DNA of 32,000 nt, taken from assembly GCF_000172995.2 (NCBI RefSeq), contig NC_014732.1, positions 30,001 to 62,000 of the forward strand. The letters run 5' to 3'. Every line of letters starts with the position of its first letter. Within the stretch, counting starts at the first letter, position 1. The position numbers and the translations under genes were made by a program. Positions 6,987-14,669 of the stretch are shown here, piece after piece. Source of the DNA: Halogeometricum borinquense DSM 11551. Lineage in GTDB: Archaea > Halobacteriota > Halobacteria > Halobacteriales > Haloferacaceae. The notes below the pieces were generated by a model. The model saw nothing but the letters and a program-made list of their open reading frames with translations, made no database searches and was not told where the DNA came from.

Positions 6987-8949
6987 GTTCTGCCTCCGTT
7001 TCGGTCGTCGCCGGCCGACGGCGTTCGAGCGCCGATTCGACGACGGGGTGATCAAGGACTGTCCGTGGAAGCGACACGAGGCCGCGCGGGACGAAGATAA
7101 CGAACAGGACGAACAGCGTTCCGATGACTAACTGCCACTGGTCGATGTACGACGAGAGGATGTCCTCGAAAGCGACGAAGACGCCCGCGCCGAGCATCGG
7201 CCCGTAGAGCGTCCCCATGCCGCCGAGGACGGTCATTACGATGACCTCGCCCGAGTGTATCCAATGGAGGAACGACGGCGCGACGTACCCGTTGTTGGCC
7301 GCGAACAGGCCACCCGCAAGGCCCGCGAGACCACCACTGACGACGAACGCGCGGCGCTTGTACGCCGTCACGTCGTAGCCGACGAACGAGGCGCGTTCCT
7401 CGCTCTCGCGGATCGCCTGCAACACTGTGCCGAACGGTGCTCGAATGAGGCGGCGCGCAAGGAGGTAGCCGCCCACCACAACGAGAACGAGGAAGTAGTA
7501 GCGGACGAGTCCGCCATCGAGGATGACTGGACCGAAAGCGAGTTCGAACGCCGAGAGGTCGATACCGACGCCCGCAAGTCCGTAGAACGTATCGACGCCG
7601 AACAAACCGTCCGATCCGCCGGTCCACTTGAATTTGAACACGGCGTTGTAGAACAGTTGGGCGAACGCGAGCGTGATCATGGCGAAGAAGACGCCCGAGA
7701 CGCGGATCGAGAGGTAGCCGATGACCCACGCGATGGCGGCGCAAACGATGATGGCGACGGCGAGAGCGACGAACACGGACGGCGTAACGTGCATGAGCGA
7801 CAGCACCGCCGCGTACGCGCCGACGCCGTAGAACAGCGCGTGGCCGAGCGAAACCAACCCCGCGTAGCCGAGAACGAGGTCCAGGCTCAGCGCGAACAGC
7901 GCCCAGATGAGCATGTCCTCCAACAGCGTGACGGCGTACGTGATGCCCGTCAACTCAGCAAACAGGGGAACGACCGCGAGCGCGGTGACGACCGCGTAGC
8001 CGAGTTTCTTCCGCGCCGCAGGGGAGAGGACGCCGCCGCCAGACCCGTGCAACAACGCGCCTTCGTGGCTCTCCTCCACCGCGGACCCGAACAGGCCGTT
8101 CGGGCGGACGAGGAGGACCGCAATCATCAACAGGAAGACGATGAGTCCCTCCAAGAACGGCGTGTAGGTTCGAGCGAGCGTCTGAACGACGCCGACGAAC
8201 AACCCGCCGACGACGGCACCACGGAACGAACCCAATCCGCCGAGAACGACGATGACGAACGCCGGGATGATGACCGAGTTGCCCATCGTCGGACTGACGT
8301 TCTGGAACGCACCGAGGACGATACCCGCGACGCCAGCGAGGGCCGCGCCGAATCCGAACGTGAGCGTGTAGTACGTATCCACGTTGATACCGAGGTTACG
8401 GACCATCTCGCGGTCCTGTGACCCAGCACGGATTATCATCCCGAACTTCGTCCGATTCAAGAGCAGCCACGTCCCGATAGCGAGCATCGCTCCGAAGATG
8501 ACGATGCCGTAGTTGTACAGCGAGTACGTGAAGCCGAGCAGGGTAACCGGTTGGTCGAGCGCCGCCGGGATCGGAAACGGCTTGGCGGCCTTCCCCCAGA
8601 CAGCCGTGATGAGGTCGTTAATGATGAGAACTAATCCGAACGTGAGGAGGATGTGGTACAGCGGGTCTCTGCCGTAGAGTCGCCGCACCGCTAACCGTTC
8701 GATTCCCATCCCGACCACGGCGACGAGGAGGGGCGCGGCGACGAGTGCGACCCAAAAGCCCGCGCCACCGAGCGGCGCGGCGATGGCGAACGCGAAGTAC
8801 GCGCCGAGCGCGAACAGTTCGCCGTGTGCGAAGTTGATCACGTCCATCACGCCGAAGATAATAGACAAACCGGCGGCTAACAGGACGTACACCATCCCGA
8901 CAGTGAGACCGTTGAGTACCTGCTCTGCGACTGCGGTAGCGACGGACAT
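6979..8949 (-). CDS. Fused LivH-LivM branched-chain/hydrophobic-solute ABC permease
   Basis: A single 656-aa ORF. The N-terminal half is LivH-like (GLTVGMVYVLLAAGLSIIFGVMDVINFAHGELFALGAY). The C-terminal half is LivM-like (LIWALFALSLDLVLGYAGLVSLGHALFYGVGAY). A short linker joins the two. Confidence 0.85.
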   Translation of the reverse strand: MSVATAVAEQVLNGLTVGMVYVLLAAGLSIIFGVMDVINFAHGELFALGAYFAFAIAAPLGGAGFWVALVAAPLLVAVVGMGIERLAVRRLYGRDPLYHILLTFGLVLIINDLITAVWGKAAKPFPIPAALDQPVTLLGFTYSLYNYGIVIFGAMLAIGTWLLLNRTKFGMIIRAGSQDREMVRNLGINVDTYYTLTFGFGAALAGVAGIVLGAFQNVSPTMGNSVIIPAFVIVVLGGLGSFRGAVVGGLFVGVVQTLARTYTPFLEGLIVFLLMIAVLLVRPNGLFGSAVEESHEGALLHGSGGGVLSPAARKKLGYAVVTALAVVPLFAELTGITYAVTLLEDMLIWALFALSLDLVLGYAGLVSLGHALFYGVGAYAAVLSLMHVTPSVFVALAVAIIVCAAIAWVIGYLSIRVSGVFFAMITLAFAQLFYNAVFKFKWTGGSDGLFGVDTFYGLAGVGIDLSAFELAFGPVILDGGLVRYYFLVLVVVGGYLLARRLIRAPFGTVLQAIRESEERASFVGYDVTAYKRRAFVVSGGLAGLAGGLFAANNGYVAPSFLHWIHSGEVIVMTVLGGMGTLYGPMLGAGVFVAFEDILSSYIDQWQLVIGTLFVLFVIFVPRGLVSLPRTVLDHPVVESALERRRPATTETEAEHE

Positions 8950-10217
8950 TACGACGAAAGGTTACATCCGAGGTCACCACACGCGGGGAGCGCGTCCGAC
9001 CCCGATATTTGCTCGTTCAGTTCGACATCCGCGGCACCGCTTCCACTGTCCGGAGCGACGAGTTTACCCGGCCACACTGGATTCATCGCTTGGTGGTCGC
9101 AGTCGCGGAACTGATTCGTCCCCATAATGGTCTCCATCTCCAATCCCGGAAGGGCGTCTTTCACCGCCGCGGGGTCCGACGATCCCGCCTCGGCGATTCC
9201 CTTCGCGGTCATTCTGATGGACAGATAGGCCACGCGGGCGAAGTTGTCCGGTGGCGTGTCGTACTCGTTTTGATACGCTTCGACGAACGACTGGTTGGTT
9301 CCGGTATCTAACTCCGGAACGTAGCGTACGCCGCCGTACGTGCCGTACGCGGCCTTTCCGAGGGCGTTGCGGACGACCGAGAACGTCATCGTCGGCGACA
9401 TGAGATTCACGTTGTCCTTCAAGCCCTGACTCGCCGCCTGCTTGACGAAGTTGATGAGGTCGCCGCCAGTCATCCCGAGAACGACGACTTCCGCATCCGA
9501 GTTGGCGATCTGGCTAATGTACGAGTTGAAGTTGCTCGAGCCGAATTTCGACCGACTGCGCCCCACCACATCGATGGACCGACCCTGTTTCATCCGCTTT
9601 TCGACGCGGTTCATCACGGATTCGCCGTAGGCGTAATCCGCGATGTGGAACCACACCTTCGTCCCGAGATTCTCTGCGGTGAAGTCGGAGACTGCTTCAG
9701 CCATCTGCGCGGTGTTCGTCTCCGCGCGGAACACCCATTCGTTGCAGTTGCTGCCTGTGATGGGAACGGCCGCACCGCCCGGATTGTAGATAACTTCCTG
9801 CTCCTTGGCGAACTCGTTGAGTGCGAGTGCCGTCGAAGAGGAGATAGCCCCCATCAGAAACGACGCGCCATCCTGTTCGACGAGAGACTGAGCCTTCCGG
9901 CTACCAGTCGAAGGATCTGCCTCGGTGTCCTCGTAGACGCCCTCGATTTCCACGTCGAGATCATCACTTTCGTTGACGTGCCTAATAGCGAGTTTCGCAC
10001 CGTTTCGTTGGCCCTCCGCAAGACCGCCGTACGGCCCGGTCATAGGACTCACTACGCCGTAAGTGACGCTGTTCCCCCCGCCACCGGCACCGTCACCGAG
10101 ACATCCGGCTAGCCCCGATAGACCGACGGTTCCAGTGATTCCCGCCGCCTGTACGAACCGCCGACGCGAGGTCAGAGGACGTGCATCGCTCTGCTCGCTA
10201 GCGCTGTCTTCAGACAT
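8949..10217 (-). CDS. LivJ/Peripla_BP_6-type solute-binding lipoprotein with a Tat signal
   Basis: Start chosen at the ATG at 10217 (MSEDSASEQSDARPLTSRRRFVQAAGITGTVGLSGLAGC), giving a twin-arginine motif plus an LAGC lipobox. The body is type-I periplasmic-binding-fold like. Its stop overlaps the permease start by 1 nt. Confidence 0.85.
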   Translation of the reverse strand: MSEDSASEQSDARPLTSRRRFVQAAGITGTVGLSGLAGCLGDGAGGGGNSVTYGVVSPMTGPYGGLAEGQRNGAKLAIRHVNESDDLDVEIEGVYEDTEADPSTGSRKAQSLVEQDGASFLMGAISSSTALALNEFAKEQEVIYNPGGAAVPITGSNCNEWVFRAETNTAQMAEAVSDFTAENLGTKVWFHIADYAYGESVMNRVEKRMKQGRSIDVVGRSRSKFGSSNFNSYISQIANSDAEVVVLGMTGGDLINFVKQAASQGLKDNVNLMSPTMTFSVVRNALGKAAYGTYGGVRYVPELDTGTNQSFVEAYQNEYDTPPDNFARVAYLSIRMTAKGIAEAGSSDPAAVKDALPGLEMETIMGTNQFRDCDHQAMNPVWPGKLVAPDSGSGAADVELNEQISGSDALPACGDLGCNLSS

Positions 10218-10219
10218 GA

Positions 10220-10240
10220 GTGTGTTACTCTCAAACACAC
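10220..10240. promoter_or_regulatory. Perfect 7-bp inverted repeat (GTGTGTT-N7-AACACAC) at the 5' end of the transporter operon
   Basis: Read directly. It starts 3 nt upstream of the SBP start codon and lies downstream of a TATA-like TTTAATAATGA (minus strand, 10252-10262). That placement would span the likely transcription start. Confidence 0.3.
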
Positions 10241-10546
10241 CAAGCAAACAATCATTATTAAAGGTTTGTATTAGTGCGGTATTGAGAAAATTCTGTCGGC
10301 GGATTGTAACGAATCGGCCCGTGTTGAACGAGACCTCTGCGCCGTCCGTCTCAGAAGAGGGCGAAACCATCTCGTTCCGAGTCGCTCACTGTACGCTACC
10401 ACCCGCTCGGGACCGATTCCGGAGGCGTACGTGCGGAAGGAGAAGACGTTCGCGGCGTCCACGAAGGTTGTTCGCGGCGTCGGCGAGGATTCGTCAATGT
10501 CTCTTCGCAGTTCGACTGAATCACTGCGAGCGACGTCGCGAAGTGG

Positions 10547-11014
10547 TCACTCCGAACTGCGGGTCTTGACGAGGAACTTCATGTCACCTTCGAGGACGAC
10601 AGTACCGTCCTGCTTCGTCATCTCTACGTCGAGGACGACGAGTCCGGCGTCGTCCCGACTCCCCACGTCTTTCCGTTCGGAGACGACCATCGTCTGCGAG
10701 AGCGTGTCGCCGATAAACACCGGATTCGGCAGGTCCATGTAGTTCATCCCGAGGAAAGCGATAGCAGTCCGTTCGACGATACCCGACCGGTAGACGAACC
10801 CCGTCGATTGCACGAACGTCATCGGACCGTGGGCGATTCGCTGGCCGAACTGCGTGTCCTCGGCGTACTCCTTGTTCGTGTGCAGTTCGGTCCAGTCACC
10901 CGACAGCGCCGAGTGCATCATGAAATCCGCCTCGGTGACGGTGCGTCCGACGCTCTCGAACTCTTTGCCTTCCTCGAAGTCCTCGAAGTAGTGCGGTTCG
11001 TAGCTGTAAGCCAT
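10547..11014 (-). CDS. MaoC-like (R)-specific enoyl-CoA hydratase/dehydratase (hotdog fold)
   Basis: 155-aa ORF with a MaoC-domain pattern: GRTVTEADFMMHSALSGDWTELHTNKEYAEDTQFGQRIAHGPM. Confidence 0.85.
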   Translation of the reverse strand: MAYSYEPHYFEDFEEGKEFESVGRTVTEADFMMHSALSGDWTELHTNKEYAEDTQFGQRIAHGPMTFVQSTGFVYRSGIVERTAIAFLGMNYMDLPNPVFIGDTLSQTMVVSERKDVGSRDDAGLVVLDVEMTKQDGTVVLEGDMKFLVKTRSSE

Positions 11015-11036
11015 ATGCGTCCCCTCTCTGCCCGAC

Positions 11037-11075
11037 GATAAAGTACTTTACATACCTATCGTTCCTGATAAAGTA
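11037..11075. promoter_or_regulatory. Divergent promoter region with two GATAAAGTA boxes 30 bp apart; the first is part of a perfect 12-bp palindrome TAAAGTACTTTA
   Basis: The palindrome at 11039-11050 lies 25-36 nt upstream of the MaoC ATG (11014). The second box at 11067-11075 lies 26-34 nt upstream of position 11101, on the paaI side. Confidence 0.4.
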
Positions 11076-11127
11076 AGTCGTCCGAACAGACGAAGCCTAC
11101 TTGCCGAGCGCGGACGACAGGAAAACG

Positions 11128-11535
11128 ATGACGGACGGCAACGACGAGTACGCGGAGATTCGGGAACGCGCGTCGAACGATCCCTTCTGTGGGACAGTCG
11201 GTGTCGAACTGGCCGACGTCTCCGGCGGGTACGCCGAGACGACGTTGACCGTCGGCGATGAACACCTGAACTTCCACGGGACACCGCACGGCGGTGCGGT
11301 GTACACGCTCGCAGATGCGGCGTTCGCAGCGGCGTCGAACAGTCACGGCGATGCAGCGTTCGCCTTAGAGACGAACATCTCCTACCTCGACGCCGTCGAG
11401 GTTGGTGAGACGCTTCGCGCCGTCGCAGAGGAGACACACCGCGGCGGTCGAACCGCAGCGTACGAAGTCGTCGTTACCGACGGTGGAGGCGACCGTATCG
11501 CTACGTTCCGAGGGCGTGTATACAAACCGGGATGA
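11128..11535 (+). CDS. paaI: Phenylacetic-acid-degradation thioesterase PaaI (hydroxyphenylacetyl-CoA thioesterase type)
   Basis: Hotdog thioesterase with NDPFCGTVGVELADVSGGYAETTLTV..LNFHGTPHGGAVYTLADAAFAAA. ATG at 11128 chosen. The ORF track begins at a TTG at 11101, which is an alternative start. Confidence 0.85.
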   Translation: MTDGNDEYAEIRERASNDPFCGTVGVELADVSGGYAETTLTVGDEHLNFHGTPHGGAVYTLADAAFAAASNSHGDAAFALETNISYLDAVEVGETLRAVAEETHRGGRTAAYEVVVTDGGGDRIATFRGRVYKPG

Positions 11536-11558
11536 GATACCGGACGGGAAACAACCGC

Positions 11559-12848
11559 TCACTGCCCGCGGTGGTCGTAGACGCGTTGGACCTTCCCAAC
11601 CTCTGTCCGAGCAATGCCGCCGGATTCGACGAGCGTCAGTTCGTCCGGTGTGAACGACAGCACGTTCGAAAGTCGGTTCAGAATCTTTTCTCGAACGTCG
11701 TCGGTGGATCCGTCGAATCCCTCTTCGAGTTCGACAGTCAGTTCCAGCGTGTCGAGGTTGTCGTCGCGTCGAAGATCGATACGGTAGTGGGGTGCCACCT
11801 CGTCGAACTCCAAGACGACTGATTCGATCTCACTGGGATAGACGTTGACGCCGCGGACGATGAGCAAGTCGTCGGCGCGCCCGGTGATATTGTCCATGCG
11901 GACGGCGGTGCGGCCGCAGTCGCAGGTGTCGTAATTTAGCGTTGTCAGATCTCCCGTCCGGTATCGGAGGACGGGCAACGCGTCCTTCGAGAGCGTCGTC
12001 AGAACGAGTTCGCCTTCTTCGCCCTCCTCGACCGGTTCGCCTGTCTGTGGATCCACGACCTCCGGGTAGAATCGATCCTCCCAGACGTGAAGGCCGTCCT
12101 GTTCCAAGCATTCGATGGAAACGCCGGGACCGACGATTTCGGAGAGGCCGTAGATGTCAACTCCCGTGACGCCGAGGCGTTCCTCGATCTCTTCGCGCAT
12201 CGGTTCTGTGCAGGGTTCAGCGCCGAAGATGACGAGTCGGAGCGGGAGGTCGCGGATATCCACGCCCATCTCCGCTGCGGTCTCCGCGAGGTAGAGTGCG
12301 TACGACGGCGTGCAGGCGAGAGCGTCCGATTCGAGGTCTGCGAGCATCTCGACCTGTCGTTGCGTCTGGCCGCCACCGATGGGGATGACCGTCGCGCCCA
12401 ACTCCTCGACGCCCTGATGGAGTCCGAGGCCACCGGTGAAGAGACCGTAGCCGTAGGCGTTCTGCACAACGTCGTCGGAGTCCAGTCCCGCAGCGACGAG
12501 ACACCGCGCGATAGCATCGCTCCACACGTCGAGGTCGTCCTGCGTGTAACTGACTATCTTTGGCTTCCCTGTCGTCCCCGAGGAGGCGTGGATGCGAACG
12601 ACGTCATCCATGTCCACAGCGAACATCTCCGTCGGGTAGTTGTCACGGAAATCCTCCTTCGTCGTGAATGGGAGTTTCTGAACGTCGTCGATACGCTCGA
12701 TATCGCCGGGTTTCAGTCCCATCTCCTCGAGTTTCTCTCGGTAGAACGGGACGCTTTCGTACGCGTTACGAACCGCCTCCTGCAACCGCTCGGTTTGGAG
12801 TGTGCGGAGTTCCTCCCGCGAAGCGGTCTCTACGCTACGGTGTACCAT
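11559..12848 (-). CDS. paaK: Phenylacetate-CoA ligase (PaaK), copy 2
   Basis: 429 aa, colinear with copy 1 and carrying the same motifs (RIHASSGTTGKPKIV, YGLSE, YRTGD, GKVQRVYDHR). By eye it is roughly two-thirds identical to copy 1. Confidence 0.9.
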   Translation of the reverse strand: MVHRSVETASREELRTLQTERLQEAVRNAYESVPFYREKLEEMGLKPGDIERIDDVQKLPFTTKEDFRDNYPTEMFAVDMDDVVRIHASSGTTGKPKIVSYTQDDLDVWSDAIARCLVAAGLDSDDVVQNAYGYGLFTGGLGLHQGVEELGATVIPIGGGQTQRQVEMLADLESDALACTPSYALYLAETAAEMGVDIRDLPLRLVIFGAEPCTEPMREEIEERLGVTGVDIYGLSEIVGPGVSIECLEQDGLHVWEDRFYPEVVDPQTGEPVEEGEEGELVLTTLSKDALPVLRYRTGDLTTLNYDTCDCGRTAVRMDNITGRADDLLIVRGVNVYPSEIESVVLEFDEVAPHYRIDLRRDDNLDTLELTVELEEGFDGSTDDVREKILNRLSNVLSFTPDELTLVESGGIARTEVGKVQRVYDHRGQ

Positions 12849-12948
12849 GTTCGAACTCGATGATTGAAGGTGATAAAAAGGACACGGTCGTCACAATAGT
12901 CGGCCATCGGTGTAAACGATTATGAGGGTTCCGCGAAGGGATTCAAGC

Positions 12949-13833
12949 ATGCACGTAGCCGTACTCGGAGCCGGAACGATGGGACACGGAATCGCACAAG
13001 TGTCTGCGATGGCCGGTCACGACGTGACGATGCGAGATATCGAATCGGAGTACGTCCAGAACGGTCTCGACGCCATCGAAGAGAATCTCCGCGGAGGCGT
13101 CGAACGCGACAAAGTGACCGAAGCAGAGATGGCGGCGACGCTAGACCGTCTCACCGGAACCACCTCACTCGGAGACGCCGTCGCGGACGCCGACCTTGTC
13201 GTCGAGGCTGTCCCCGAGGATATGGAATTAAAGCAGGAGACGATGCGAGAAGTGGAGGGATTCGCCGACGACGACGCCGTCCTCGCCACGAACACGTCGT
13301 CGCTGTCAGTGACTGAAATTTTGAGCGCACTCGAACATCCAGAACGGGGGATCGGCATGCACTTTTTCAACCCGGTCCACATCATGGCGCTGGTCGAAGT
13401 CGTCGTCGCAGAGCAGACGGACGACGGAACGTTGGATCTCGCCCACGAATTTGTCGATGACATCGACAAGACTGCTGTGGAGGTACGCGACTCACCCGGA
13501 TTCGCTTCCTCGCGTCTCGGTGTCGCACTCGGCGTCGAGGCGATGCGAATGGTCCAAGAGGGCGTTGCCTCACCGGAGGACGTAGACGCGGCGATGGAGC
13601 TCGGCTACAATCACCCGATGGGACCGGTCGAACTCGGGGACGTGGTAGGGCTTGACGTGCGCCTCGGCATTCTCGAATATCTGCGGGAGGAACTCGGCGA
13701 GCGGTTCCGTCCGCCGCAGATTCTCAAGCGAAAGGTTCGCGCCGGGAAACTCGGCAAGAAGACCGGCGAAGGGTTCTACGTCTGGGAAGACGGCGAGAAA
13801 GTCGGCGTCAGCGAGGACGTGATGGACCAATGA
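12949..13833 (+). CDS. paaH: 3-hydroxyacyl-CoA dehydrogenase (PaaH-like)
   Basis: Rossmann motif VAVLGAGTMGHGIAQV and a 3HCDH C-terminal domain (GFASSRL..GYNHPMGPVELGDVVGLD). ATG at 12949 chosen (MHVAVLGAG). Confidence 0.9.
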   Translation: MHVAVLGAGTMGHGIAQVSAMAGHDVTMRDIESEYVQNGLDAIEENLRGGVERDKVTEAEMAATLDRLTGTTSLGDAVADADLVVEAVPEDMELKQETMREVEGFADDDAVLATNTSSLSVTEILSALEHPERGIGMHFFNPVHIMALVEVVVAEQTDDGTLDLAHEFVDDIDKTAVEVRDSPGFASSRLGVALGVEAMRMVQEGVASPEDVDAAMELGYNHPMGPVELGDVVGLDVRLGILEYLREELGERFRPPQILKRKVRAGKLGKKTGEGFYVWEDGEKVGVSEDVMDQ

Positions 13834-14669
13834 GTGACGAACCGGACGCTGACGAGACCCGCGACGTGGAATCAGTCGCCGACGACTGCGAAACGGTGAA
13901 CGTCGCCGTTGACGACCGCGTGGAGGGCGTCACGACGGTAACGATGACCCGACCCGACGCACGGAACGCCCTGAACGCCCAGTTACGGGCGGAGTTGAAG
14001 CGTGTTCTCGATGCTGTCGAAGAGAGCGACGCCCGCGTCGTTGTCCTCACGGGAGCCGACGAGGCGAAAGCGTTTGTCGCCGGGGCAGACGTAACGGAAC
14101 TCCGCGAGCGCGATATGCTGGCCCAACGGGAGGCGAGCAAACGACCCCGCGTCTACGAGTACGTGGACGACCTCCGGCAACCCGTTATCGCGCGACTGAA
14201 CGGACACGCACTCGGCGGGGGGTGTGAACTCGCACAAGCGTGCGACGTGCGCATCGCACACGAACGTGCGAAACTCGGCCAACCGGAGATAAATCTCGGT
14301 ATCATGCCGGGTGGCGGCGGCACACAACGACTCGCCCGACTGGTCGGAGAAGGACAGGCGATGCGTCTCGTTCTCAGCGGCGAACTGATCTCCGCCGAGG
14401 AGGCGTACGATATCGGACTCGTAGACGAGGTACACGACGACGAGACGTTCGACGAGCGTGTGTACGAACTCGCCGGGTCGATGGCTGAGAAGAGCGGTGT
14501 CGCCCTGGAATACGCGAAGAAAGCCGTCAAAGCCGCCTCTCGGATGGACCTCGAACAGGGAATCGAATACGAGGCGGAGTTGTTCGCCCAACTGTTTGCC
14601 ACCGGCGATAAAGACGAAGGAATCGACGCGTTCTTCGAAGACCGCGACCCCGAGTGGCCGACCCGCTGA
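13830..14669 (+). CDS. Enoyl-CoA hydratase/isomerase (crotonase family; PaaF or PaaG role not distinguishable)
   Basis: Crotonase core FVAGADVTEL..LNGHALGGGCELAQACDVRIA..LGQPEINLGIMPGGGGTQRL. There is an ATGA overlap with the upstream dehydrogenase. Confidence 0.9.
   Translation: MSDEPDADETRDVESVADDCETVNVAVDDRVEGVTTVTMTRPDARNALNAQLRAELKRVLDAVEESDARVVVLTGADEAKAFVAGADVTELRERDMLAQREASKRPRVYEYVDDLRQPVIARLNGHALGGGCELAQACDVRIAHERAKLGQPEINLGIMPGGGGTQRLARLVGEGQAMRLVLSGELISAEEAYDIGLVDEVHDDETFDERVYELAGSMAEKSGVALEYAKKAVKAASRMDLEQGIEYEAELFAQLFATGDKDEGIDAFFEDRDPEWPTR

Noticed and set aside
6987-7055. A longer N-terminus for livG (MITPSSNRRSNAVGRRRPKRRQN..), and similarly longer N-termini for the SBP (10218..10370) and paaH (12922..12948).
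   Set aside because: The extensions are basic or non-homologous, overlap upstream genes or promoter elements, and precede internal ATGs that give canonical family N-termini (ABC N-terminus, Tat signal, Rossmann GxGxxG near the start).
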